Shown piece after piece: positions 39,578-48,777 of a stretch of DNA of 64,000 nt (position 1 is its first letter; the number at the start of each line of letters is the position of its first letter). The stretch is from a virus, in the IMG/VR virus record IMGVR_UViG_3300009509_000013, positions 10,286 to 74,285 of that record, one strand, 5' to 3'. A program made the position numbers and the translations under genes. The notes beneath the pieces are model-generated. The model saw only the letters and a program-made list of their open reading frames with translations. It was not told the origin of the DNA and did not search any database.

Positions 39578-41647
39578 CTAGAACGCCGCGTTCACGTTGC
39601 GTTCAAGTTGCTTTTGAAATTCTTCGGTGAATGAAGCCGCTTCGCTTTCAGTCATTCCGGCGATCATTCTCGCCGGCGGCTTCGTGCTTCGCGCGAAGTG
39701 TTTCGGATAGTCTTGACCGCGCATGACCGTTGCCCGCGTCGACCGCATTTTGATTGAAGCGGCTTCGAGAATTTCGTCGAGTTCCTTTTCGGCGATTCGT
39801 TCAACGTCGATTCCGGCTTTCGCGATTGCGGTTTCGGTTGCGGCGGCGATCTCTTTTTTGACCGTCTTGATTTCGTATTCATACGCGCCATAACGCCGCC
39901 CGGTCTTTGCGTCGACAATGCGCGCCGGATTGACGCCCCATTTTCGGATCATGATCTGTCGACTCAAGTGTTCACAAGTCGCTTCTTCGAGCGCAAGCGC
40001 CGCGCCTTTCAATTGGTTCAATGCAATCGGCGCGTGTGAATGAATCGTTTCGTGAACCAAAACCGAAAACGCTTCGTTCGCCGCGTCCGTTCGCGCGCCC
40101 TTTGCGAAAAGCGCCGCTTGTTTTTGAACGTCGCGCGTGATCCAAATCGCGCCATTCTCGACGAACTTCCCGTTCGCGCGCCCCATGTTTTGTTTGACTT
40201 GCGCGATCAAGAAATTGAATTTGTCGCGCTTGTCTCGCGTCGCGGTCGCCGTTTCGACGTTGCTCCAAATGATCGACCGCTCGATCATTCCGTGTTCCGC
40301 CATAAGCGCGTTCAATTCTTTGCGGATCGCCGCTTGTTGCGCCGGCGAATATTGCTTGAATGTCGCCGTTACGCCGGGAATCCCTTCGCGCTTCGCCGCG
40401 ACCGCCTTTTCAAGCGCCTTTTGATTGAACGCCTTCGTCGGCGTGACGTTCGTCTTCGGAAGATCCGGGAAGATTGTCTTCGCCGCTTGCGCCGCTTGCG
40501 ACGCTTGAATCGCAGAAGCCGCAACGCCCGCCGCGCGCCCGATGTTCGTCACGTTGCGCGAAATTTCAATCGGGTCGGAAAGGTTTTCATAGGTCGTCGA
40601 TTCTTCCGAAACGTCGACCGTGCAACGGCAACGAAAGTGAAACGGCGGGGAAGAAAAGCCGGCGTCGGCGAGCGCCTTCGCGTCTTTCGGACCTTGCGGA
40701 CCTTTGCCGCTTGTGACATTCGCGAGCTTCCCCGGCGATAGCCAAGGGTGAGCTTTCCGCATGTCTTCGGGAGTCGTCGCTTCGAGATCGCGAACCATTT
40801 GATCGACGCCTTGACGAACCGAAAAGATCTTTCCGTTCATTGTGTCGCAAACCGGACACGTTCGTTCGTCGCTCGGATTCACGATTTCGTAATAGGTGAC
40901 GCCAATCGACGCGAAGCTTCGCATTTGACCTTGTGCGCGCGCGACCGTCGCCGCGTTCGCGACAAGCCCTTCGAAATATTGCCGATCCGTTCCGGTGAAT
41001 CCCTTCGGTGTCGAAAAGATTCCGAGCGCGTCGCGCGTTCGCTCCGCCATGACCTTTCCCGCCGCGCGTCCGACCGCTCCGGTTTCCATTGCTTCGCGCG
41101 TCGTCTTTTCGATTGTTTGCGCGACGTTTTTGTCGAAGTGCTCCCCGATCCAAAGCGTTTGTTGATCTTTGATCGCGCGAAGCGCTCCGTCGTCTACCAC
41201 GTCGAACGACGGCAAAACTTGCGCCTTGAAGCCCGCCGCCTTTTTCACTTCCGCCGTTGCGTTCGGCGTATCGAATTGAAGCGACGCCTTCGTTTGTCGC
41301 GTTGCTTTCTTGTGACCGGCGATCCGCGCGAGCCGATAGACTTCCGCGATCTCCCGGTTGAAGCGCGGCGTGACCGCCTTCGCCCAAGGTCGCATGATTC
41401 GCTTGATCGTCGCCGCGATTTGAGCCGACGAAGCCCCGCGCTCCGCCATGCTCCCCGCTTTCTCCGCCGCTTTTTTCGAACGGTCGCGCCATTCCTTCAA
41501 GAGATATTCGCGAAGACGTGTTTCGATCTTCGCGATTTGCGCGACTTCCGAAAGCCGAAGCGCCTTCGCGATCAAGACGTCGGAAGCGATCAACCCGTCA
41601 TAGAGCCGACCGACGTCAAGCCTTTGTGTCGCCGCCGTTGAAGCCAA
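39578..41647 (-). CDS. MuF/SPP1 gp7-like minor head protein with C-terminal zinc metallopeptidase
   Basis: DERTCPVC..MNG and PPFHFRCRC MuF motifs; C-terminal LVHETIHS...LEEATCE; start codon uncertain (TTG). Confidence 0.88.
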   Translation of the reverse strand: MASTAATQRLDVGRLYDGLIASDVLIAKALRLSEVAQIAKIETRLREYLLKEWRDRSKKAAEKAGSMAERGASSAQIAATIKRIMRPWAKAVTPRFNREIAEVYRLARIAGHKKATRQTKASLQFDTPNATAEVKKAAGFKAQVLPSFDVVDDGALRAIKDQQTLWIGEHFDKNVAQTIEKTTREAMETGAVGRAAGKVMAERTRDALGIFSTPKGFTGTDRQYFEGLVANAATVARAQGQMRSFASIGVTYYEIVNPSDERTCPVCDTMNGKIFSVRQGVDQMVRDLEATTPEDMRKAHPWLSPGKLANVTSGKGPQGPKDAKALADAGFSSPPFHFRCRCTVDVSEESTTYENLSDPIEISRNVTNIGRAAGVAASAIQASQAAQAAKTIFPDLPKTNVTPTKAFNQKALEKAVAAKREGIPGVTATFKQYSPAQQAAIRKELNALMAEHGMIERSIIWSNVETATATRDKRDKFNFLIAQVKQNMGRANGKFVENGAIWITRDVQKQAALFAKGARTDAANEAFSVLVHETIHSHAPIALNQLKGAALALEEATCEHLSRQIMIRKWGVNPARIVDAKTGRRYGAYEYEIKTVKKEIAAATETAIAKAGIDVERIAEKELDEILEAASIKMRSTRATVMRGQDYPKHFARSTKPPARMIAGMTESEAASFTEEFQKQLERNVNAAF

Positions 41648-41656
41648 AACGCGCCC

Positions 41657-43456
41657 CTATTCTTCGTCGAGATCGTCGCCGTGATCGTGCTCCGATTCCG
41701 TGACTTCCGCGCGCCAACGCGCTTCGAGTCGCTTGTTCATTTGAAGCAAGCGTTCGACGATCACTTCGTCGCGGAAAAGATCGGGATCGGTTGCGCCGGT
41801 TAGCATGTCGATTGCCTTCAACGCCGTCACTTGTTGACCGGGCTCCGCCGGGTCCGCCTTGTTTTTGACCGCTTCGGCCATTTGCAGCGAAAACGGAACG
41901 TCGGGATCGATCCCTTCCGGGAATGGCGGGAGTTCGATTCCGAGAATATCTTCGAGCGCGATCCGCGCAATTCGCGGCGTCATGCCGCCCGTTTTTTCCG
42001 CGCCGCCCAAGATCTTCACAAGTTCCGTGTTGTCCGTTGTGTTCGGCGTGTTCGACTTGAACTTGTGATAAACGATCCCCATGACCGGGAACAAAATCCG
42101 ATTGACCCAAGAATCGAACGACGTTCGTTCCGGGTTGAAAACTTGTTCGTCGGCGAGCTTGCGCGACGACTCCGCCGTCGCTCGCGTGTAATCGTCGGAG
42201 CGCCCGACGAAGATCGGCGGAAGCCGGAAGACGCGACGAATCTTGTCTTGATTGTTGCCGCTATAGTTTTGAAACAAAGCGTCTTTGTGTTGCTCTTTGA
42301 CAAGCGGCTTGATCTCCATTTTGATTTGACCGCCGTCTTCGCCTTCGAGATCGCCTTCGCCTTCGAGAATCAAAAACTTCGAATAGTTGTCCGACCCTTG
42401 AATTTGCGACTCGACGAAATCTTTGATTCGGTTGATCGACCCTTGTGTCAATTGCCCGTTCGAAACGAGAACAACCATGCTTGGAATATTATTCGACTTG
42501 AAGGTCGTGAAATTTATTTCTTCGGCGGCGCGATCTCCAAAAATTGAAAGCAAGTTGCCAATGTAGCGCGGAAGACCATAGGGCGAACGCGCCGAATAGA
42601 TCTTGAAGTGAACGATTTCGTTCGCGCGGAAATTTTCGGGGAGATCTTCTTTCGCGACGTCGCCGGTTCGATTGTCGATCACGCGCGGATCGCCGAACTC
42701 TTTGAACCAACGCATTTTGAACGACCCGACATAGGAAAGATTTCGTCGAAGAATCGCGCGCGATTGCGCGAAGCGACGAAACCGCTTCCAAGTCGGAAGC
42801 TTCGAAACACGAACCGACCCGTCCGGTTGCCGTTCAAGAATCGGCATTTCGACGGGAAGCATTTCTTCGTCAATCGGCGAAAGCCGCATTTGATAGCTTG
42901 GAATATGGTTGAAGCCTTGCACGTCGCCGGCGACGTTCCGAATCACTTCGAGATAAGCGTTCCCCGTCGTTTCGAGATCTTTCCGAATTCGCTTTCGGGT
43001 TTCGGTGAAGTCTTCGTCAATCGTCGCATAGGCGAAGAAATTTTCGAGCCGAATCTTTTCGCCCTTCACGTTGTCGGCGAGCGCCTTCGGCGTTTTTTCG
43101 TTCATTTCGACGCGCGGAACGAACCGGAACCCGAAGCCTTCAATGTTCGTTTGCATGGCTTCGATACATTGGTTCAATTCCGAAGAATGTTCCGGGAGCA
43201 TTGCCAACGTGAGCAAGTCGAACGGCGGATCGATCAAGTTCCCCTTCGCCGCCATTGCTTGAAACGGGTCGTCGGCGAGTTCTTTCGATTTCCCGGCTTC
43301 CGAGAATTCATTCGGCGCGGCTTTCGTTATGCTTTCGTCGAGCCCGACGACAATCGCCCGGACCTTCGTCGCCGGTTGAAGCGACGATTGATTCGCTTGC
43401 GCGCTTTGTGCGTTTGCGTCTTTGTGCATGTCGACGATTTTTGTTTGTTCAATCAT
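41657..43456 (-). CDS. portal protein (PBSX/HK97 family)
   Basis: IDPPFD, DLETTGNAYLEV.RN, NEIVHF, YGLP, D..F..Y and FRLPPIFVG motifs. Confidence 0.93.
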   Translation of the reverse strand: MIEQTKIVDMHKDANAQSAQANQSSLQPATKVRAIVVGLDESITKAAPNEFSEAGKSKELADDPFQAMAAKGNLIDPPFDLLTLAMLPEHSSELNQCIEAMQTNIEGFGFRFVPRVEMNEKTPKALADNVKGEKIRLENFFAYATIDEDFTETRKRIRKDLETTGNAYLEVIRNVAGDVQGFNHIPSYQMRLSPIDEEMLPVEMPILERQPDGSVRVSKLPTWKRFRRFAQSRAILRRNLSYVGSFKMRWFKEFGDPRVIDNRTGDVAKEDLPENFRANEIVHFKIYSARSPYGLPRYIGNLLSIFGDRAAEEINFTTFKSNNIPSMVVLVSNGQLTQGSINRIKDFVESQIQGSDNYSKFLILEGEGDLEGEDGGQIKMEIKPLVKEQHKDALFQNYSGNNQDKIRRVFRLPPIFVGRSDDYTRATAESSRKLADEQVFNPERTSFDSWVNRILFPVMGIVYHKFKSNTPNTTDNTELVKILGGAEKTGGMTPRIARIALEDILGIELPPFPEGIDPDVPFSLQMAEAVKNKADPAEPGQQVTALKAIDMLTGATDPDLFRDEVIVERLLQMNKRLEARWRAEVTESEHDHGDDLDEE

Positions 43457-43466
43457 GGTCAACCCC

Positions 43467-44936
43467 TTACATAATGCCCGGTTCTTCGCGCCGTCGCTTT
43501 TTGCGTTTCAACTTGCTCGCCGTGATCGCCAAGTCGAGCGCGTCGAAGCCGTCTTTGTAGCGAAAATTAGGAAACAAAACCAACAAGTCGATCAAGTCGG
43601 TCAAGTTCTTTCGGAAGAAAACGCGCTTGTCTTCAAACATTGGCGACAATTTCCAAGCGCGCGTCACCTTGTCTTTGTCCGTGTGAATCGCCTTCAACCG
43701 AAGATTTTTGTCGCCGTCTTTCAAGTGCTGATATTGCGCGGCTTGGTAAGCGTTCGTTTCAATGCCGCAACGGATCGGGTCGTGCCTTCGATAGAACTCT
43801 TTGATCTTTCGCGTTTGATCGTTGAAGCGAAGGTGTCCTTCGAAGTAATCGATCACATAATGATCTTCGGTCTTCGTGTCGATTCCGACGACCGCAATCG
43901 CGAACTTGTCGGCTTTCTCGCTTTCCGAAATCGCCAAGTCAACGCCCATGAACACGCGAAGCCCGCCGGGGATCTCCGAATCGTCGACCTTTTGACAGTC
44001 GTCATATTGGAAGATCTCGCCCTTCATTGCTTCGGTGTCGCATTGGTATTGAGCGTTGAAAATGATCGTTCCCGACTTGCGCTTCTTTTCCTTGAACCAC
44101 TTCGGCGGATATTTGTCCGGCCAAGGCGAACGCCCGTCTTCGTCAAGCGCGGGAATGATTTGATGATGATCGGCGAGTTCGTTCGCGATCAAATGCCCAT
44201 AGAGATCGTCGAAGTGATAGCGCGTTCCTAGCCTATGGTGTTCCCCTCTATGCGGAACCGACTTGTCCGGCGGTTCAAGGCAAGGGTCGAGCGTTTGATA
44301 ATACCATTGACGAACGCGGTCGCGCATGTATTTCGTCCGCGTGTTGTCTTCGTCAACCAAGTCGTCGGAAAGGATCACGTCGTAATGTTTGCCGACGACG
44401 GCGGCTTCAACGCCGATGCAAGTGATCGTTGATTCTTTCGAATACTTCGTTCGGGGAGCGACTTCGATTTCGCGGTTGTCCCATTTTCCGACCTTGTGCG
44501 GATCGTAATACTCGCCGAAAAGTTCCGCGAAGCGTTCGTTCCCTTCAAGGTGTCCTTTGATTTCTTTTAGGAACGCTTCGCTTTGCGCGCTCGTTTTGCT
44601 CGCGATCAAAATCCGAATGTTCGGATCTTTCGCGAGCAAATGAAGCGACTTCGTGATCGTGCAAACGGTCGACTTCCCCGCGCCACGAAACACAAGTTGA
44701 AGGTTGTCCGGGTGAATGAATTGATAGCGAAGCAACGCCAAATGAAACGGTTCGATTTGATAGTCGAGAACCGCCGTCGCGAGAATGTCGATCCGGTTGT
44801 GATCGATGATCATTCGCCGGAGCCATTCGTTCCCCATTGCCCGATAGTGTCGGGCGAGATCTAGCAATTGCCCGCGATCCGCTTCTTCAATCGCTTTCGG
44901 CGAGCCTTGCAAAATTGGGAAAACGGAACTCGACAT
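43467..44936 (-). CDS. terL: terminase large subunit
   Basis: Walker A FRGAGKS, Walker B ILSDD, motif III GTRYH.DDLY, FNAQYQ, nuclease GVDLA and KDGFDA. Confidence 0.95.
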   Translation of the reverse strand: MSSSVFPILQGSPKAIEEADRGQLLDLARHYRAMGNEWLRRMIIDHNRIDILATAVLDYQIEPFHLALLRYQFIHPDNLQLVFRGAGKSTVCTITKSLHLLAKDPNIRILIASKTSAQSEAFLKEIKGHLEGNERFAELFGEYYDPHKVGKWDNREIEVAPRTKYSKESTITCIGVEAAVVGKHYDVILSDDLVDEDNTRTKYMRDRVRQWYYQTLDPCLEPPDKSVPHRGEHHRLGTRYHFDDLYGHLIANELADHHQIIPALDEDGRSPWPDKYPPKWFKEKKRKSGTIIFNAQYQCDTEAMKGEIFQYDDCQKVDDSEIPGGLRVFMGVDLAISESEKADKFAIAVVGIDTKTEDHYVIDYFEGHLRFNDQTRKIKEFYRRHDPIRCGIETNAYQAAQYQHLKDGDKNLRLKAIHTDKDKVTRAWKLSPMFEDKRVFFRKNLTDLIDLLVLFPNFRYKDGFDALDLAITASKLKRKKRRREEPGIM

Positions 44937-44941
44937 TCGCT

Positions 44942-45163
44942 TCAATGCTCCCCACCAAAACACGCATGATCAAGAAATTGAAACGCCGCGAAGATTTGTT
45001 CGGCTTCGGCTTGCGAGCGCGCCGCAATTTCAACCGACCCGCTTTCTTCGTCGGCGATCAACGCTTCGCGCCCGTCAACAAAGAATCGGTGAACTTTGCC
45101 TTCCGGTTGCGCGCCTTGATCGTAAACGAGAACGACGTTCGGACTATCGCTTTTCGACGTCAT
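44942..45163 (-). CDS. hypothetical protein
   Basis: 73 aa filling the gap before terL. Confidence 0.5.
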   Translation of the reverse strand: MTSKSDSPNVVLVYDQGAQPEGKVHRFFVDGREALIADEESGSVEIAARSQAEAEQIFAAFQFLDHACFGGEH

Positions 45164-45515
45164 AGCCGGAAACCAAAACGTCGACGCCCGCCGCGCCCGC
45201 GCCGCCGGTCACGGCAACGAACATGATCCGCCCCAAACAATGCGCGGAAAATTCGAACGGAGTCGCCGCGCCCGGAGCGACCTTCGCCGCCGTGTCGGAA
45301 TCGACGACAAACTTGTTCGCCGCTTGGCTCCAATAGTGAACCGCAACGGTCGGCGTCAACGCCGCGCCCGGAATGACTTGAATGTTCGCCCATTCGTGCG
45401 ACGCCATGTTCATTCCGTGTTCTTTCGGAACATTCGCGATTGTATCAACCGCCGCGACCTTGCTTCTATGCTCCGCGTATTCCGGCGCTTTCTTTGGTGC
45501 TCTTTGAATCGTCAT
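45144..45515 (-). CDS. hypothetical beta-rich protein
   Basis: 123 aa; GGGAG SD; operon-like spacing. Confidence 0.6.
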   Translation of the reverse strand: MTIQRAPKKAPEYAEHRSKVAAVDTIANVPKEHGMNMASHEWANIQVIPGAALTPTVAVHYWSQAANKFVVDSDTAAKVAPGAATPFEFSAHCLGRIMFVAVTGGAGAAGVDVLVSGYDVEKR

Positions 45516-45518
45516 GTC

Positions 45519-45884
45519 TTACCGCTCCCAATCTTCGGACGTGAAACCGTTTGAACCCAACCGTTCCCGCGCCCAAGTGAAAACGACTTCGGGGTCGAAG
45601 TCGCGACAAGAGAACACGTCAAGTTTGACTTCACGGCGAAGCGGCCAAGCGTGAATTGCAACGTGTGACGTCGACAAAATCGCGCAAGCCGTCACGCCGC
45701 CTTCGTCTTCGAACGGTTCCCTTCCGAGCTTTTCAATTTCTAGCGGAACCGAAACGCTCAAAGTTCCGAGCGTCGTCATTCCGAGCGCTTCAACCAAATC
45801 GCAAACGGCGATCTTCATTCCGGCTTCGTCGTTCACTTTCGCCGGGTCGCAATCGCCGTCAAAAACAAGGTGTCTCCCGCTCAT
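45519..45884 (-). CDS. speD: S-adenosylmethionine decarboxylase proenzyme family protein
   Basis: G.HLV.D N-terminus; GGVT...ILSTSHVAIHAWP...KLDVFSC.DF matches the pyruvoyl AdoMetDC signature. Confidence 0.85.
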   Translation of the reverse strand: MSGRHLVFDGDCDPAKVNDEAGMKIAVCDLVEALGMTTLGTLSVSVPLEIEKLGREPFEDEGGVTACAILSTSHVAIHAWPLRREVKLDVFSCRDFDPEVVFTWARERLGSNGFTSEDWER

Positions 45885-45898
45885 TTCGCCCCGCCAAA

Positions 45899-45929
45899 AG
45901 GCGACGCCCCGGAAAACCGGAGCGCCGCC
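45899..45929 (-). terminator. stem-loop between genes
   Basis: GGCGGCGCTCCGG-TTTT-CCGGGGCGTCGCC followed by TTTT on the minus strand. Confidence 0.45.
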
Positions 45930-45956
45930 TTCAAGGGTTGTTCGGCTCCGGTCGGC

Positions 45957-46262
45957 TTACTCGTAAGCCTTCCAAAAAACCTTTTCGCCGGCGACGTTCA
46001 AATCGCCGTCTTGACCGAGCTTGAACCCGGTCGACAACGGGGTGATCCCGTTCGGCGACGCAACCGCCGACTTGGTTCCGGCGGTCACTTCTTTGACGCA
46101 AGTTGCGTCCGCCATGCCTTCGACCCAAGTCGCCGAAGCGAGCCCGTCGAGATTCAAAAGCTCGACCGCGCTCGGACGGAACGGCAACGTCTTGATCTCG
46201 ACGTCCGCCGCGCCTTCGCCCTCAAAGGTTCCGAACAAAACTTTTCTGCTTCCACTTGCCAT
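45957..46262 (-). CDS. hypothetical beta-rich (possibly virion) protein
   Basis: 101 aa; GGAGG SD; LPFRP.AV.L.N...NGIT...GF.LG motif. Confidence 0.6.
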   Translation of the reverse strand: MASGSRKVLFGTFEGEGAADVEIKTLPFRPSAVELLNLDGLASATWVEGMADATCVKEVTAGTKSAVASPNGITPLSTGFKLGQDGDLNVAGEKVFWKAYE

Positions 46263-46381
46263 GATTCAACCTCCAAGTTGAAACCCGCCCTTGACAGACC
46301 GCTATCCCGGCAAAAGAACTTCGGTCCTGTTACGCTCGCACCATTGCGAACGGAACTCGAAGCGGATCAAAAAACCCATTG

Positions 46382-46870
46382 TTACCACCACGCCCAACGA
46401 TCATTAGGATCGCCCCAAGCTTCGCGCGGAATCTTGACCCGTTGCCCGGCGAAGCGACGCGCGTCAACTTCGAACGGGTTGTCGTAATACGAATGAAGAT
46501 TTCGCATGAAGCAAAATATGAAAATTGAGATCAAAAAGTAAAGGAAAGGCGAAAGAATCCCGAAGATCATTTGTTGTTTGACGTGTCGCGATTCATGCGG
46601 AATCGTCCGCTCGCCCTTCGCGTCGTGTCGAAGCACAATGAACGCGCCCGACGACCAACCGAGCCAACCGGGATCGCCCGGTTCGTTGTTCTTTCCTTCG
46701 AGCGTCTTCGAAAGCCAAGTTCCCTTGACCGTTCGGAACTCGACGAAATCAAGCGACGCTTCAACGAATCGAACTTGTCGGAACGCCCAAAGCCCGCCGA
46801 TATAGATCGCGGAAACGAGCGACACGGGAAGAAGCCAAATGTGACCGAGAATTTTCAAGAAAGACTTCAC
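46382..46870 (-). CDS. membrane-anchored HExxH zinc metallopeptidase-like protein
   Basis: Hydrophobic N-terminus; HESRHVKQ, a TM segment, then YYDNPFEVDAR. Confidence 0.7.
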   Translation of the reverse strand: MKSFLKILGHIWLLPVSLVSAIYIGGLWAFRQVRFVEASLDFVEFRTVKGTWLSKTLEGKNNEPGDPGWLGWSSGAFIVLRHDAKGERTIPHESRHVKQQMIFGILSPFLYFLISIFIFCFMRNLHSYYDNPFEVDARRFAGQRVKIPREAWGDPNDRWAWW

Positions 46871-47538
46871 ATTTCCGCCTTTCGCTTTCGAACGACACGT
46901 CGCCCGCCGTGAACCTTGTTCGCTTTCGCCTTGTTCGTCTTGTTCTTTGCCTTCGTCTTCCCCGTGTTCCCCGCTTTCGTCATTGGAGCCGGCGGGAGCG
47001 CCGGCTTTTCGTCATAATGCAACGCGCCGGGGTCCATGTCCAAAATTGACTGTTCCCCGTATTTCCCGATCAACGAATTCAAATTCGCGAGTTCGCTTGT
47101 GATCATGGTTCGAAGTTGTTTGTTCGTCATGTCCGAAACCATGACGCCGGCGAGAATTCGCTTTTCTTCGGGTCGCTTGTCGATCAACCCAATGTCTTGA
47201 CCGAACTTCACGATCTTGTCGACAATATCCGACTTCGCCCGGATTGCCCCGACGCGCGCCGAAAGTTGTCCGGGAGCGAAGACGTCGCCCAATTCGTCGA
47301 GCGCCTTCAAGCAAGCCCGTTGCTCGACCATGTAATCGACGAAGACTTCTTCGACGGGTCGATTTCGGAGCCGTTCGCCTTCGAGTTCGTAAAGCTTCCG
47401 CTTCAACCGATCAAATTGATCTTGTTCAAGCCCCATTGCGTCGCGAGCTTCGGCGTCGGACATTCCTTCGCCCAAGTGTGCAAGCAAGCGCGCAACCGCT
47501 CCGCGAAGTTCGTCTTTTGTCATTCCGAGCGTTGCCAT
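46867..47538 (-). CDS. terminase small subunit candidate
   Basis: First gene of the late operon; N-terminal HTH-like helices, helical core, basic tail. Confidence 0.55.
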   Translation of the reverse strand: MATLGMTKDELRGAVARLLAHLGEGMSDAEARDAMGLEQDQFDRLKRKLYELEGERLRNRPVEEVFVDYMVEQRACLKALDELGDVFAPGQLSARVGAIRAKSDIVDKIVKFGQDIGLIDKRPEEKRILAGVMVSDMTNKQLRTMITSELANLNSLIGKYGEQSILDMDPGALHYDEKPALPPAPMTKAGNTGKTKAKNKTNKAKANKVHGGRRVVRKRKAEM

Positions 47539-47546
47539 TGCGCGGA

Positions 47547-47580
47547 ATTATAGACCGAAAAGAGCAAAAAAACCTAGCGA
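47547..47580 (-). promoter_or_regulatory. putative late promoter (TATAAT without consensus -35; near-leaderless mRNA)
   Basis: TATAAT at 47552-47547, 8 nt before the ATG at 47538; no SD. Confidence 0.5.
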
Positions 47581-47610
47581 AACGCCGGGAAGTCGATTCG
47601 TAAACGGAAC

Positions 47611-47636
47611 GCCGGCGGGGAGAATCCCCCGCCGGC
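47611..47636 (-). terminator. strong hairpin closing the early region
   Basis: GCCGGCGGGG / CCCCGCCGGC perfect 10-bp stem. Confidence 0.6.
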
Positions 47637-47666
47637 AACGGAACGGAAAGGAACGGAGATCAAAAA

Positions 47667-48386
47667 CTAGGCGACGCGCAAAAGCGAACGTTCAACGCCC
47701 TTCGATTGTGCCTTCGCGCGCCTTCGCGCGTCAAGCTTTTTCAAGCAACGTTCGGCTTTTGTTTCGTATTCGTCGCGCCGCTTTTCTGTCGGCGAACAAC
47801 CCGCCGCCGCCAACCAATGCCCGGCGGCTTCCGAATAGCGAAGCTCCGCTTCGGCGTCGCGCGCGAGCTTCGCCCAATACGCCGGCGAACGTTGCTCCGC
47901 TTCGGAGCGCCGCTTTCGTTCGTAATAGTCAACCTTCGCTTGCCATTTCGACAATTGAGTTCGAAGCCGCTTGATCTTCGTCGTCAATTCTTTGACCTTC
48001 GCCTTCGCCTTGCGTTCCCGACCTTCCGACGCGAGCGCCGCGCGCTCCGCCTTCGACTTCGGTTGAAGCGGAACCTTCCGGCGAAGCTCGATCCCGTCGA
48101 CTTCAACCGCCATGATCCAAGGGTTTTCGGGAGCCGCGTCGCGACCGCCGGCGACGAACGCGCAACCCCAAGCGAGCGCTTGCGCGACCTTCGTCACGTC
48201 GACCGCGCCCTTCGGGATTCTCAGGCGAATTGACGACCGCCCCGCCCTAACTGTCGGGTGACTTTGCCGCGCGCCCGTGACCGTCAACGTCGCGCGCGTG
48301 ACGCCCCATTCGCGAGCGATCCGCGTGAACAAGCTTCGGAGATCGCGCCCGTTCAAGTCGGTCTTGTTCTCGATTGCGAGCTTCAT
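47667..48386 (-). CDS. hypothetical basic coiled-coil protein
   Basis: 239 aa; ATGA overlap with the receiver gene. Confidence 0.65.
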   Translation of the reverse strand: MKLAIENKTDLNGRDLRSLFTRIAREWGVTRATLTVTGARQSHPTVRAGRSSIRLRIPKGAVDVTKVAQALAWGCAFVAGGRDAAPENPWIMAVEVDGIELRRKVPLQPKSKAERAALASEGRERKAKAKVKELTTKIKRLRTQLSKWQAKVDYYERKRRSEAEQRSPAYWAKLARDAEAELRYSEAAGHWLAAAGCSPTEKRRDEYETKAERCLKKLDARRRAKAQSKGVERSLLRVA

Positions 48387-48721
48387 TTTTCCCCGCCTTT
48401 CGGTTGAAGCGCGGCTTCAATCGCCGCGCGAAGTGTCGTTCGACTTGCCGGCTTGCTCAAAATGGCGACCGCGCCAATCGGTTGAAGCGCCATTGACCCG
48501 GAGTGAATGACAACCGGAACCGGCGATTCTTCGAGAACGCGAGCCCCGCCGCCGTTCGGCATGACCCAATCGGAAACGACGACCGCCGCTTCGGAGTAAA
48601 GCGCCGCCGCTTCAACCGGGTCGCTCGCCGTCACGACGTCGAAGCCTTCCCGCCGAAGCTCGCGCTCGACCGCCTTCAAGATCTCCGGCGTGTCGTCGAC
48701 AATCAAAATCTTCGTGTTCAT
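48383..48721 (-). CDS. single-domain response regulator receiver (CheY-like)
   Basis: ILIVDD, phospho-acceptor SDWVMP..GG, IHSG and LSKP all present. Confidence 0.9.
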   Translation of the reverse strand: MNTKILIVDDTPEILKAVERELRREGFDVVTASDPVEAAALYSEAAVVVSDWVMPNGGGARVLEESPVPVVIHSGSMALQPIGAVAILSKPASRTTLRAAIEAALQPKGGEK

Positions 48722-48777
48722 ATTCCCCGCCTTTCGGGGCGAAGCTCCGGGCTTTCGCCCGGAGCCCGCCGCCCTGT

